From Candidatus Undinarchaeota archaeon (GTDB taxonomy: Archaea > SpSt-1190): 29,825 nucleotides of DNA. Below, in pieces: positions 8,074-16,089 of the stretch (the first letter of the stretch is position 1; each line of letters starts with the position of its first letter). The translations under genes were made by a program, and so were the position numbers. The notes under the pieces were generated by a model. That model was not told where the DNA came from. It was given only the letters and a program-made list of their open reading frames with translations, and ran no database searches. The DNA lies in NCBI GenBank assembly GCA_964549355.1, contig CAZJUS010000009.1:1-29825 (forward strand), read 5' to 3'.

Positions 8074-8736
8074 ATGCACAAGTGGGTTTTTGTCTTTGAC
8101 TGGGATTTTACACTCGCCCCGAGCTCATGGAATTTTGTCCGGAAAAAATACTACCCTTTTTCCAATATAATGCAGAAATATGAAGACTGGAAGAGCGGGA
8201 AGCTGAGCCTGAAGGCATGGATTGAGGAGGATGTGCAGGCGTTTTTCCAGGCAGGCTACTGCGAGGCTGAGCTGGCCGAATTCTCCGGCTACCGGCCGTT
8301 CCCCGGGGCGGAAGCTTTGGTGGGGAAAGTGAAGGCGGAGGGCTTTCTGACAGCCACCGCCAGCCTGGGGTTCAGTCCGCTGGTTGAGATGAGGGCCAGA
8401 GAGCTGGGCATCGATGAAATTTTCCTGACCCGGTTTGAAGGGGGCGCCGACGGCGTGGAAGTCACATCCTTAATTGACCCGGAGGCCAAGGCCGGGATTG
8501 TTGCAGATTACCAGAAAAAAGGCTTCAGGGTTGTGTTTGTGGGCGACGGCGATTCCGACATCCCCGCATTCAGGGCCGCCGATGTGGCCGTCCTGATTCC
8601 CGGCGGCAGGTTTGATTATGAACTCGAGGATGCCAAGAAGGTCTGCGACTTTGAGTTCAAGGACCTGCAGGCATTTGCAGACGGCTTTGAAAATTTTATG
8701 AAACAATTGGAAGGGGGCCTTCCGGCCCCGGAATAG
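8074..8736 (+). CDS. HAD-IB phosphatase, phosphoserine phosphatase-like
   Basis: FDWDFTL, ASxG, conserved K, FVGDGDSD motifs. Confidence 0.88.
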   Translation: MHKWVFVFDWDFTLAPSSWNFVRKKYYPFSNIMQKYEDWKSGKLSLKAWIEEDVQAFFQAGYCEAELAEFSGYRPFPGAEALVGKVKAEGFLTATASLGFSPLVEMRARELGIDEIFLTRFEGGADGVEVTSLIDPEAKAGIVADYQKKGFRVVFVGDGDSDIPAFRAADVAVLIPGGRFDYELEDAKKVCDFEFKDLQAFADGFENFMKQLEGGLPAPE

Positions 8737-8742
8737 GCATCT

Positions 8743-8940
8743 TCACAGGAACATCTGCTTCAACGGCTTGGCGTAGAGCACCGCAGACATGACCAGATAC
8801 CAATACCACTCCAGGCTCAGCAGGGGTGGCCAAAGCTTGGCAATCATCAGTATCAGGGCTGCTTTGCCCAGGCATGCCAGCTTCACATCGACTATGTCCA
8901 TTCTCGCGAGCAGTTCATTGCCTTTGTCTCTCAATCCCAT
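8743..8940 (-). CDS. Small membrane protein (65 aa)
   Basis: SD GAGGTGA just before ATG 8940; two hydrophobic segments (AKLWPPLLSLEWYWY). Confidence 0.75.
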   Translation of the reverse strand: MGLRDKGNELLARMDIVDVKLACLGKAALILMIAKLWPPLLSLEWYWYLVMSAVLYAKPLKQMFL

Positions 8941-9053
8941 ATTTTTCACCTCAGGGTGCCCCCGGCTTTCGGCTATTTATGCATGGATACGTCCCGCGAC
9001 GAACCGGTTCCAGATGTGAATCAATTTTTTAACCCTGCGGGCCACCCCTTCCC

Positions 9054-10079
9054 ATGAACATTATTGGTGCGGGCCCCGCCGGCCTTTACACCGCATACCT
9101 TGCAGCCAGGAAAGGCATCCCGGTCACAGTCCACGAGGAGCATCTGCGGATTGGGAAGCCCGACCACTGCACGGGGGTCATATCACGGAACCTCCGGCAG
9201 TTCGTCAGGCCCGACCCGGAGGCGGTGGTGGAGACCTTGAAGGGGGCAGTCATCCGCGCCGGCAGGGAGGCGGTCTTCCTTGAGCGCGCGGACAGTGTTG
9301 ATGTGATTGACCGCACTGTCCTGGACCGCCAGCTCGCCGAGATGGCCATGTCCGAGGGCGCCCGCATTCAAAAGGGCAGGAGGGTCTTGTGGAGCGACTT
9401 CAGGGGGCTGGTGGTGGCTGCCGAAGGCGCTGTTTCCCGCACCCGCTTTGATTTCGGCCAGCGCACCAGCTTCCTCCCGGCCATGCAGTTTGACCTGCGC
9501 GAGAAAGCATCAGGGCTTGACGGCGTCTGCGAGCTGTGGTACGGCCCCTGGGCTCCGGAATTTTTTGCCTGGGTCGTCCCGAGGGGCGACCGGGTGAGGG
9601 TGGGGATGGCCGGCAGGGACCTGCGGGCCCTCAAGCCTTTTGTGCTCCGGAGGTTCGGCAGGTTCCGGAAGGCCGCCCGGCATGCGGGGCTTGTTGTCAC
9701 CGGAGGCCCTGTGGAGCAGACATACTTCAGGCAGAGGGAGCGCGAGGTGGTGCTGGTGGGCGATGCAGCGGGGCATGTCAAGCCCACGACAGGCGGAGGC
9801 GTGGTCTTCGGGCTGAGGGGTGCGGAGTGCCTTGCAGACTCCTTCGGCGACCTGCTGTCCTACCAGGGCCGGTGGCAGCGCGATTTCGGCAGAGAACTGA
9901 AGTTGCAGAAGCTGGCGATGAAGCTCATCCTCCGGAAGCCGGAGGCCTTTGTCCGCTTCCTGGGCCGGTCGAAAGACATAGTTGAAAAGTCCGCAGACAT
10001 GGAAAAGCAGAGCAGGTTTGCCTGGAAGGCCCTCCCGAGCCTGGCCCGGTGGGCGGTGGAAGCTTTTATTAAACTCTAA
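9054..10079 (+). CDS. Geranylgeranyl reductase family FAD-dependent oxidoreductase
   Basis: IIGAGPAG, IGxPxHCTG, DRxxLD, PxFFAWxxP, LVGDAAGxVKPTTGGG. Confidence 0.9.
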   Translation: MNIIGAGPAGLYTAYLAARKGIPVTVHEEHLRIGKPDHCTGVISRNLRQFVRPDPEAVVETLKGAVIRAGREAVFLERADSVDVIDRTVLDRQLAEMAMSEGARIQKGRRVLWSDFRGLVVAAEGAVSRTRFDFGQRTSFLPAMQFDLREKASGLDGVCELWYGPWAPEFFAWVVPRGDRVRVGMAGRDLRALKPFVLRRFGRFRKAARHAGLVVTGGPVEQTYFRQREREVVLVGDAAGHVKPTTGGGVVFGLRGAECLADSFGDLLSYQGRWQRDFGRELKLQKLAMKLILRKPEAFVRFLGRSKDIVEKSADMEKQSRFAWKALPSLARWAVEAFIKL

Positions 10080-10092
10080 GGCTCCAGCTGCC

Positions 10093-10416
10093 ATGGCAGT
10101 CGCATATTCCGATTTTGCTAAGATGGACATCCGGGTTGGGACTATTGAGCATGTGGAGAGGGTGCAGGGCACCGACAAGCTCTACAAGCTTGAGGTTGAT
10201 ATCGGCAGTGAGAAGAGGACCTTGGTTGCGGGCCTGCGCCCGTGGTATGAGCCTGCCGACCTGGTCAAGAAGCAGATAGTAATGATAGTCAACCTTGAGC
10301 CCAAAATAATCAAAGGCATAAAGAGCCACGGCATGCTGCTGGCGGGGCAGGACTCCTCCACAGTCGCCCTGCTGAAGCCTGACAGGAGGCTGGACAACGG
10401 CGCCAAAGTCATGTGA
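10093..10416 (+). CDS. Stand-alone tRNA-binding OB-fold protein (Trbp111/CsaA/MetRS C-terminal-like)
   Basis: DFAKMDIRVG, DKLYKLEVDIG, NLEPK, GIKSHGMLLA. Confidence 0.93.
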   Translation: MAVAYSDFAKMDIRVGTIEHVERVQGTDKLYKLEVDIGSEKRTLVAGLRPWYEPADLVKKQIVMIVNLEPKIIKGIKSHGMLLAGQDSSTVALLKPDRRLDNGAKVM

Positions 10417-10492
10417 GTGCCTAATTAACTGCGTCATTGCATCATGGCAACGCAATCAGTAAATACCCCCGCAGTGTGGTTTCTTAGGTGAT

Positions 10493-10915
10493 ATGATGGT
10501 GCAGAAGAACCCCTTTGTTTTTTGCATGGCCGACGGCAGGGAAATTGGAGCGGCCAGGAATCTGGCGGAGTTCAAGGCCATGCTCAAAAAGATACCTTTG
10601 GAGAGCGTCATCTACCATGCCAACCGCGGGGATTTTGCCAACTGGCTGGATTACATCGGCGAGAAGGCGATTGCGGAAGATGCGCGGAAGATAAAAGGCA
10701 ACACAGGCAGAGTCCGCACCCGCATGCTGACCGCCGTTACGCCTTCGGTGGCCAAGAAGATACTGCACGGCATCAGGAAGGCGGCCGCCCGCAAAAAGAA
10801 GAAGCCGGCAAAAACTGCCGGGAAAAAGGCGAAGGCCCCAAAGAAAAAACCAAAAACCCCGAAGAAAAAACAGAAAACCCCAAAGAAAAAACTGAAGAAG
10901 AAGCATAAAAAGTAA
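10493..10915 (+). CDS. DUF5752-like domain protein with Lys-rich C-terminal tail
   Basis: PFxF..DG....ARNLxEF...L..IPxESxxYH..RGDFANW pattern (family recalled from memory); tail rich in KKK and TPKK. Confidence 0.8.
   Translation: MMVQKNPFVFCMADGREIGAARNLAEFKAMLKKIPLESVIYHANRGDFANWLDYIGEKAIAEDARKIKGNTGRVRTRMLTAVTPSVAKKILHGIRKAAARKKKKPAKTAGKKAKAPKKKPKTPKKKQKTPKKKLKKKHKK
10832..10894 (+). repeat. 3 x 21-bp imperfect tandem repeat encoding K(A/T)PKKKx
   Basis: aaggccccaaagaaaaaacca / aaaaccccgaagaaaaaacag / aaaaccccaaagaaaaaactg. Confidence 0.85.
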
Positions 10916-10928
10916 ACAACGCTTCGGC

Positions 10929-11123
10929 TCATTTTTTGAAAGGGGCAACTTCGTCGATTATATCAACATTGCTGATTATCATGCGCCTGCAGCAGTATCT
11001 TTTTATGCCCATGCTGTCCAGCACCTTGCCGGAGTCCTCCCCCTTGGCCACTCTTTTTTTGTATTCCTCATAGAATGCAGCCACGGGGAAACCGCAGCTG
11101 AAACATCTCATCGGTATCAACAT
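10929..11123 (-). CDS. rpoN: DNA-directed RNA polymerase subunit N (Rpo10)
   Basis: MLIPMRCFSCG...RYCCRRM; follows uS9. Confidence 0.97.
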   Translation of the reverse strand: MLIPMRCFSCGFPVAAFYEEYKKRVAKGEDSGKVLDSMGIKRYCCRRMIISNVDIIDEVAPFKK

Positions 11124-11135
11124 TTTTTCCACCAT

Positions 11136-11546
11136 TCATCTCTTGCCTTTCTGGGCGGCGGCCCTCGGCTTGCTCCTGCCCGGCTTCCACGGCTCGTTCT
11201 GGCGCATGTCGGCCACCAGCAGAGTCCTGTCGTATTCAAGGAAGGCTTTCCTGGTTTTTTCCCCGCCGAATTCTGCAAGGGCCTTCCCGACTGCAGTGCG
11301 GATGGCGTCGGCCTGCGCGCTGGCTCCGCCGGAGCGGACATTGACTTTGATGTCCGCCTTCCTCCAGACGTCTCCTGAAAGGAAAAGCGGTTCGCGGATT
11401 TTGTCGCAGAGGTATTTCGGGCCCCAGATTTCCAGGGGCTTGCCGTTGATGGTAAGCCTGCCACTGCCAGGCACCAATGTGGCGCGCGCTACGGCAATTT
11501 TCCGTTTGCCTACTGTCCTTATTGTTTCTGTTTTCTGCTTAGGCAC
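11136..11546 (-). CDS. rps9: 30S ribosomal protein uS9
   Basis: GKRKxAVARA, GGxxAQADAIRTA, YDRTLLVAD, RAxxQKxxR. Confidence 0.97.
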   Translation of the reverse strand: MPKQKTETIRTVGKRKIAVARATLVPGSGRLTINGKPLEIWGPKYLCDKIREPLFLSGDVWRKADIKVNVRSGGASAQADAIRTAVGKALAEFGGEKTRKAFLEYDRTLLVADMRQNEPWKPGRSKPRAAAQKGKR

Positions 11547-11585
11547 AGCCTAAACAGCCGACGGAGGTTTAAAAGCTTTGTTAGT

Positions 11586-12014
11586 TTAGCTGATTTTTGG
11601 GGTCCAGCCGAGGTGCCTGCTCACTTCCCCGAGCCTGACGAATTTCTGTTTTTCGGGCGAAACTTTGCATTCCGGCAGGCTTTCAATTTTCAGCTCCTTC
11701 AAATTGTCGGGGACGCCGATGTGGACTATGAGCCTGCCCAGGGCTTCCTTGCCCCTCTTGTTCTGCTTGGGCAGCATGCCCCTAACAGTCCGCTTGAAAA
11801 TCAGGTGCGGGACTTTCGGGAAGAAAGGCCCCGTGTATCTGTGGCCCTTGTCGTGCATCTCCTTGTATTCGCTGAAGATATTGTCCCTGCTTCCGACAAT
11901 CACAGCCTGCTCGGCGTTCACGACCACAATTTTCTCCCCCATGAGGAGCCTCTTGGCCAAAATGGACGCAAAGCGCCCGAGCTTCATGTCTTTCGCGTCA
12001 AGGATTGTAGTCAT
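11586..12014 (-). CDS. rpl13: 50S ribosomal protein uL13
   Basis: DA....GRxAS..AKRLL.GE.IVVVNAE, GPFFP, RTVRGMLP. Confidence 0.97.
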   Translation of the reverse strand: MTTILDAKDMKLGRFASILAKRLLMGEKIVVVNAEQAVIVGSRDNIFSEYKEMHDKGHRYTGPFFPKVPHLIFKRTVRGMLPKQNKRGKEALGRLIVHIGVPDNLKELKIESLPECKVSPEKQKFVRLGEVSRHLGWTPKIS

Positions 12015-12382
12015 CGGATCACCATCTTCAGCTTCTTGCCCGATTTGTCTTTGTCCAGCAGCTCCTCAATCAGCATGACTTTGCCTCCTGCAGCCTTGAT
12101 CTTCTCCGCTGAGGCCTCGGAAAAATGGTAGGCCGCCACAGTCACCCTGCGGTCTATCCCCCCGGCCCCAAGGAGCTTGCCGGGCACTACCACAGTCTCT
12201 CCATCCTTCACATTCCTTCTAAGCTGGGAGACATTGACTGCCACACGGCTCCTGCGCGGAGCGGACAGCTGTTTGGCCACTGCAGTCCAGAATTTGCTCT
12301 TCGATTTGGACAAGCTTATCAGGAGCTTTTTCATGCGGGGGTCTTCGAACCTCCGCTTCTGGATTCTTTTGCGCAGCACCAC
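12011..12382 (-). CDS. rpl18e: 50S ribosomal protein eL18
   Basis: W..VA..L..PRRxRxxVN, VVVPGKxLGxG, VAAxxFS..A.EKI..AGG. Confidence 0.96.
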   Translation of the reverse strand: MVLRKRIQKRRFEDPRMKKLLISLSKSKSKFWTAVAKQLSAPRRSRVAVNVSQLRRNVKDGETVVVPGKLLGAGGIDRRVTVAAYHFSEASAEKIKAAGGKVMLIEELLDKDKSGKKLKMVIR

Positions 12383-12457
12383 GGACTCTTCGGTTTGAGC
12401 AGTTTTTAAGCCTTGCGATATCCGACAGCTTTAAATGCAACCAGCCCAAAATCTGCC

Positions 12458-13012
12458 ATGATGCTTACGGGCAGGAGCTTGAGGAAGGCGGTCGAGTCGC
12501 GCATAAAGATTGAACCCTTCCGCGCCAAGCAGCTGTCCTCTGACACCTACGACCTGGCTTTGGGGAATGAGTTCCTCCGCCTGAAAAGCGAGGAGACGCC
12601 CATCCTCGACCCGCGCAGGCTTGATGTGGTGGGGGAGAGGATGTTCAGCAACTCCTTCATACTCCAGCCCCGCCATTTTGTGCTGGCCCGGAGCGAGGAA
12701 TGGCTGGAGCTCCCGGCCGATGTGATGGCCATGGTCGCCGGCAAGAGCAGTCTGGCCAGGCTCGGCCTCCAGATCCATTCAGCAGCCCTTCTCCATTCGG
12801 GCCACAGGGGCTATGTGGTCTTTGAGATAACCAACCACAACTCAGTGCCTTTCAAGCTGGTCAGCGGCCTGCAGATTGCGCAACTGCTCTTTTTCAACGT
12901 CGAGCCTTCGGAGGAATACTACAAACTGGACATTGCAACTTTCAAAATCCAGAAGAGAATCGAGCTTCCCGCCGACCTGAAGTTTGCTGACGGCAGGGCA
13001 AAGCCGAAATGA
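12458..13012 (+). CDS. dcd: dCTP deaminase (trimeric dUTPase fold)
   Basis: IxIEPF...QL....YDL.LG, GKSSLARLGL, G.xG....EI.N, IAQLLF. Confidence 0.88.
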   Translation: MMLTGRSLRKAVESRIKIEPFRAKQLSSDTYDLALGNEFLRLKSEETPILDPRRLDVVGERMFSNSFILQPRHFVLARSEEWLELPADVMAMVAGKSSLARLGLQIHSAALLHSGHRGYVVFEITNHNSVPFKLVSGLQIAQLLFFNVEPSEEYYKLDIATFKIQKRIELPADLKFADGRAKPK

Positions 13013-13021
13013 GGGTGGAAT

Positions 13022-13564
13022 ATGGAGCGGTGTTTTTCCTGTAGCAGGCCGGCAGTCTATCATGCATACCATTTCGGCAGGAGCTTCTGCGCCCAGCATT
13101 TCAAGAGGTATCTGGTAAGGAAGCTGCGCCGTGAACTGTACAGGCTGAAGGCGGTGTCCCCCGGCGATTCGGTCGCGGTCCGCACGGACGGGAGCCTGCC
13201 CTCGCTCGGCGCCGCCAGGCTTTTCGCGGACGCAACCAGGAAGTGGAAGCTGAGGATATATGGCGCGCGCGCAGGCCGGAAAATTGACAAGGAGATACGC
13301 ACCGATTTTCTGCAGTATCATGTGCACAAAATTCTGAAGGGGATTGCGGACGGGGACATAAAACAGCCCGGGGCCGTGGACGGCAACATCATAAGGCCTT
13401 TCCTGGCTTTTCCCGGAAAGGCGCTGGCCGTCTATGCCCTGCTGGAAGGCGTAGCCTTTGAAGAAGACAGGGCTCCGGAGCTGGGCGGTGCCTTCAGGTA
13501 TGCTTCGGTTGCCCTCTGCCTGAACTTCGTCAGAGCATACGAGAAATTACAGCAGGCATTTTGA
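13022..13564 (+). CDS. Degenerate TtuA/NcsA/Ncs6 (tRNA 2-thiolation)-like protein
   Basis: N-terminal CxxC...CxxHF Zn finger, RKxRR, GDxVAV, IRPF and YA..xG landmarks are present; PP-loop SGGKDS and the Fe-S cysteines are absent. Confidence 0.7.
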   Translation: MERCFSCSRPAVYHAYHFGRSFCAQHFKRYLVRKLRRELYRLKAVSPGDSVAVRTDGSLPSLGAARLFADATRKWKLRIYGARAGRKIDKEIRTDFLQYHVHKILKGIADGDIKQPGAVDGNIIRPFLAFPGKALAVYALLEGVAFEEDRAPELGGAFRYASVALCLNFVRAYEKLQQAF

Positions 13565-14723
13565 CAGCCCCCACTGCAAGGTATGAGCCCGCCATGAGCC
13601 AGCAGACTGCCGACAGCCCCAGCAGCCCCAGCTTCATCATATTGGATTTGAACTTGGATGCAAAGTAGAGTGAAACCAGGCCACCTGCGACCAGCATCCA
13701 GAGAGGGAATGACGATGCTACGTTTTCAAAGAGCAGGACGAAAAAGCCCTTCCTGGCTTCCGGAGCCTCCTCGACGAATACTTTGGTCTCCCTGATATTG
13801 CCCCTTGAATCCCGCAGTGAAATTTTTTCTCCCGGTGCAGCTTCGGCGTACTCCTTTTCAATAGTCTTGGCCTCGCCCGGGCTGAGTGTGAATTGTTCGC
13901 CGGACGAGAAGCTGTAGTTGCCCGGAGCAGTCCCGTTGTTCTTTATTCTGTACACCACCTTCACGAAGCTGACCGTTTTTTTATCCTCCAGCTTCCATGC
14001 GACGGAGACTGTGCGCGAGGCGTCCATGCCCGGGGCGATGAACAGCAGGGTTTTTGTGGCGGTCCTGCTGTTGTTCCCCCACGACACCGTGGCGGTTACA
14101 GTCCCGGAGCCTTCCGATGGTGCAGCCCCCAAGTGCAGAGCAATCCTCCGGACCTCCTCCGGGTTGAGCGGGAAGCTCTCGCTGTAATTGTAATTGTCCG
14201 CAGACACCCGGACTGTGGCGCTGTCGACCCCGCGGATGCCCTTGTTGGCCAGGACTACGGTCTGCACCACCTCCTCCTCCGGGAGGAAAGTGGAGCTGCC
14301 CTCAAGCTCAATGGAGATCCTCGGCTTCCCGACAAAATAATGGCGGAAGAAGTCGGTGGTCTTCACCCCGCCTCCGTACGCCACGCTCGGCCCCCCGATT
14401 ATGCCGTAGCCTGTGGATATGGCCACCAGCTTGTAGCTGATTTTTGAGGTGCCTGAAAATTCCTGGCCTATATTGCACACCAAGGCCTTTTCGGTGATAT
14501 GGCAGGAGCTTGGGTAGCCGACCGCCACAAATTCCGCAGGCACGGGGTCTGTCAGCTTCTCCACGGCAACCGGCTCAACGCTTGAGACCGTCAGCACGAC
14601 TGCAAGGCTTTCGTTGAGGTCTATGAGCTCCGGGCCTTCCACAGACTTTTGGATGTCGAGGGCCCATGCGGGGGCCACTGAGAGCAGGACTGCCATGGCC
14701 ATTAAGACGGCGGACTTTTTCAC
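13530..14723 (-). CDS. Cell-surface protein: signal peptide, Ig-like/CARDB-like beta domains, C-terminal transmembrane helices
   Basis: GTG start at 14723 gives MKKSAVLMAMAVLLSVAPAWA signal; beta-rich (NxG, NxGT motifs); several NxS/T sequons; two C-terminal hydrophobic helices. Confidence 0.8.
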   Translation of the reverse strand: MKKSAVLMAMAVLLSVAPAWALDIQKSVEGPELIDLNESLAVVLTVSSVEPVAVEKLTDPVPAEFVAVGYPSSCHITEKALVCNIGQEFSGTSKISYKLVAISTGYGIIGGPSVAYGGGVKTTDFFRHYFVGKPRISIELEGSSTFLPEEEVVQTVVLANKGIRGVDSATVRVSADNYNYSESFPLNPEEVRRIALHLGAAPSEGSGTVTATVSWGNNSRTATKTLLFIAPGMDASRTVSVAWKLEDKKTVSFVKVVYRIKNNGTAPGNYSFSSGEQFTLSPGEAKTIEKEYAEAAPGEKISLRDSRGNIRETKVFVEEAPEARKGFFVLLFENVASSFPLWMLVAGGLVSLYFASKFKSNMMKLGLLGLSAVCWLMAGSYLAVGAVKMPAVISRML

Positions 14724-14781
14724 GCTAATATTGGGCTCCCTGCGTATAAATGCATATTTACTACCTTCAGCCTTGGTTGTT

Positions 14782-15012
14782 ATGGTACTCGCGTATATAC
14801 TGGTTAGAGCGGACGCAGGCAAGGAAAGGGAGATGCTGGCAAAGATAAGGGGCGCTCCCGAAGTCAAGGATGCCCACATAATTTACGGCGAGTGGGACGC
14901 CATCATCAAGATAGAAGTCAAAGATGTAGAATCCATAACTTCCTTCGTGGTGGACAAGCTCCGCAAGATTGACGCCGTCAAGCTGACATCCACCATGATA
15001 GTGGCCGAGTGA
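14782..15012 (+). CDS. Stand-alone Lrp/AsnC ligand-binding (RAM) domain protein
   Basis: MVLAYILV...GKE..., YGEWDxIxKIE, V..TSTMI; 76 aa, no HTH. Confidence 0.92.
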   Translation: MVLAYILVRADAGKEREMLAKIRGAPEVKDAHIIYGEWDAIIKIEVKDVESITSFVVDKLRKIDAVKLTSTMIVAE

Positions 15013-15016
15013 AGCT

Positions 15017-15313
15017 ATGATTTGGTGCAGGATGCATGCCGGCCGAAAGAGGGCGGTCCTGGCCATTGCCGATGAGGAGCTCATGGGCATGAGCTTTGAG
15101 GAGGGGGAGTTTGTTCTGTCGGTCAATAGTTTTTTCAAGGGCGAGCTGGTCCGGGAGGACGAGGCGGCGGCCATGCTGAAGGACGCAGAGATAATAAACG
15201 CCGTCGGCAGGAAGGCGGTTGCGGTCGTGCTGGAAGCGGGGCTTTCCGACGGGGGGACTGTCAAGAGAGTGGGAGGGGTCCCGCATGTGCAGGTCGTAAA
15301 GATAAATATATAA
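15017..15313 (+). CDS. DUF424 family protein
   Basis: LAIADEELxG..FEEG, V...FFxG, AxIINAVG, VGGVPHVQ. Confidence 0.9.
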   Translation: MIWCRMHAGRKRAVLAIADEELMGMSFEEGEFVLSVNSFFKGELVREDEAAAMLKDAEIINAVGRKAVAVVLEAGLSDGGTVKRVGGVPHVQVVKINI

Positions 15314-15337
15314 ATGTGTAACTTTATAGTAACGATT

Positions 15338-16048
15338 ATGGTCGATGGACGCAAAACAAAATTGAGGAAATTCAGCACAGAGGATTTTAGGGCCCGCCGG
15401 AAGAACCGCAGGCAGTACTCAGAGCTCAAGAAAGGCTACAGGTATCTTGAAGAAAACCCGGACACTGCAGTTTACGGCCTTTCGGAGGAAGTGACTATTG
15501 GAGTGAGGAAAAACGGTGACTTTGCGAAAAGCGAAATCAAAGTCGACGGCAGGAATAAAACGTATGACGAGTTTGTCGCTGTGGGGCTGAAGGCCGAAGA
15601 CGGAAAGATAACAGTCCCGAACGGAGCGCTCTCCGAAGAGCTGTCGCTGGACCAGTTTGTCTACAGGTCATTGATAAAGGCCCAGAAAGCTTTGGGCGTG
15701 GAGGTTTTCAAGACGAAAAATCAGTTGGAATCGCTGGTCAGCTTCAAATACAGTGAAGATGCACAGGACGGCCTCGGCGTTGTAATCCACTACAAATATG
15801 GAGAAGATGAGGAATGCCGCGAAAACTACCAGAGACTTGTTGCATCCGTCCTTAGCTTCTGGAAGCGCAGCAAGCTTTTGGACAAGCAGTATACGCCCAA
15901 ATTCGCCCCGCCCGCCCCTTCCCAGAGCACCCAGGCAGATGCTCCCGATGCGGGCCCCGGAGCGCCGGACCAGCCGGCGCAAGGCCAAGGCCACACCCCG
16001 ACGCTTGATGCATACCTTGATTTAACACCTCCACAAGCTCAAGCATAG
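15338..16048 (+). CDS. Hypothetical protein with Pro/Gln/Ala-rich C-terminal tail
   Basis: Long ORF with protein-like composition; TATA-like tatataaa at ~15307-15314; no recognised family. Confidence 0.75.
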   Translation: MVDGRKTKLRKFSTEDFRARRKNRRQYSELKKGYRYLEENPDTAVYGLSEEVTIGVRKNGDFAKSEIKVDGRNKTYDEFVAVGLKAEDGKITVPNGALSEELSLDQFVYRSLIKAQKALGVEVFKTKNQLESLVSFKYSEDAQDGLGVVIHYKYGEDEECRENYQRLVASVLSFWKRSKLLDKQYTPKFAPPAPSQSTQADAPDAGPGAPDQPAQGQGHTPTLDAYLDLTPPQAQA

Positions 16049-16089
16049 GGAATCTGGACTCTATATAATGGGCATCCCATTAGCCTTGT

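Noticed and set aside
10484..10948. Phe-rich antisense ORFs resembling membrane proteins
   Set aside because: Simple reverse complement of the Lys-codon A-runs in 10493-10915.
14724..14879. N-terminal extensions in the ORF track (also 863-1072, 1189-1260, 9982-10092, 24114-24170)
   Set aside because: They overlap neighbouring genes or promoters; downstream starts fit family N-termini, signal peptides or TATA spacing.
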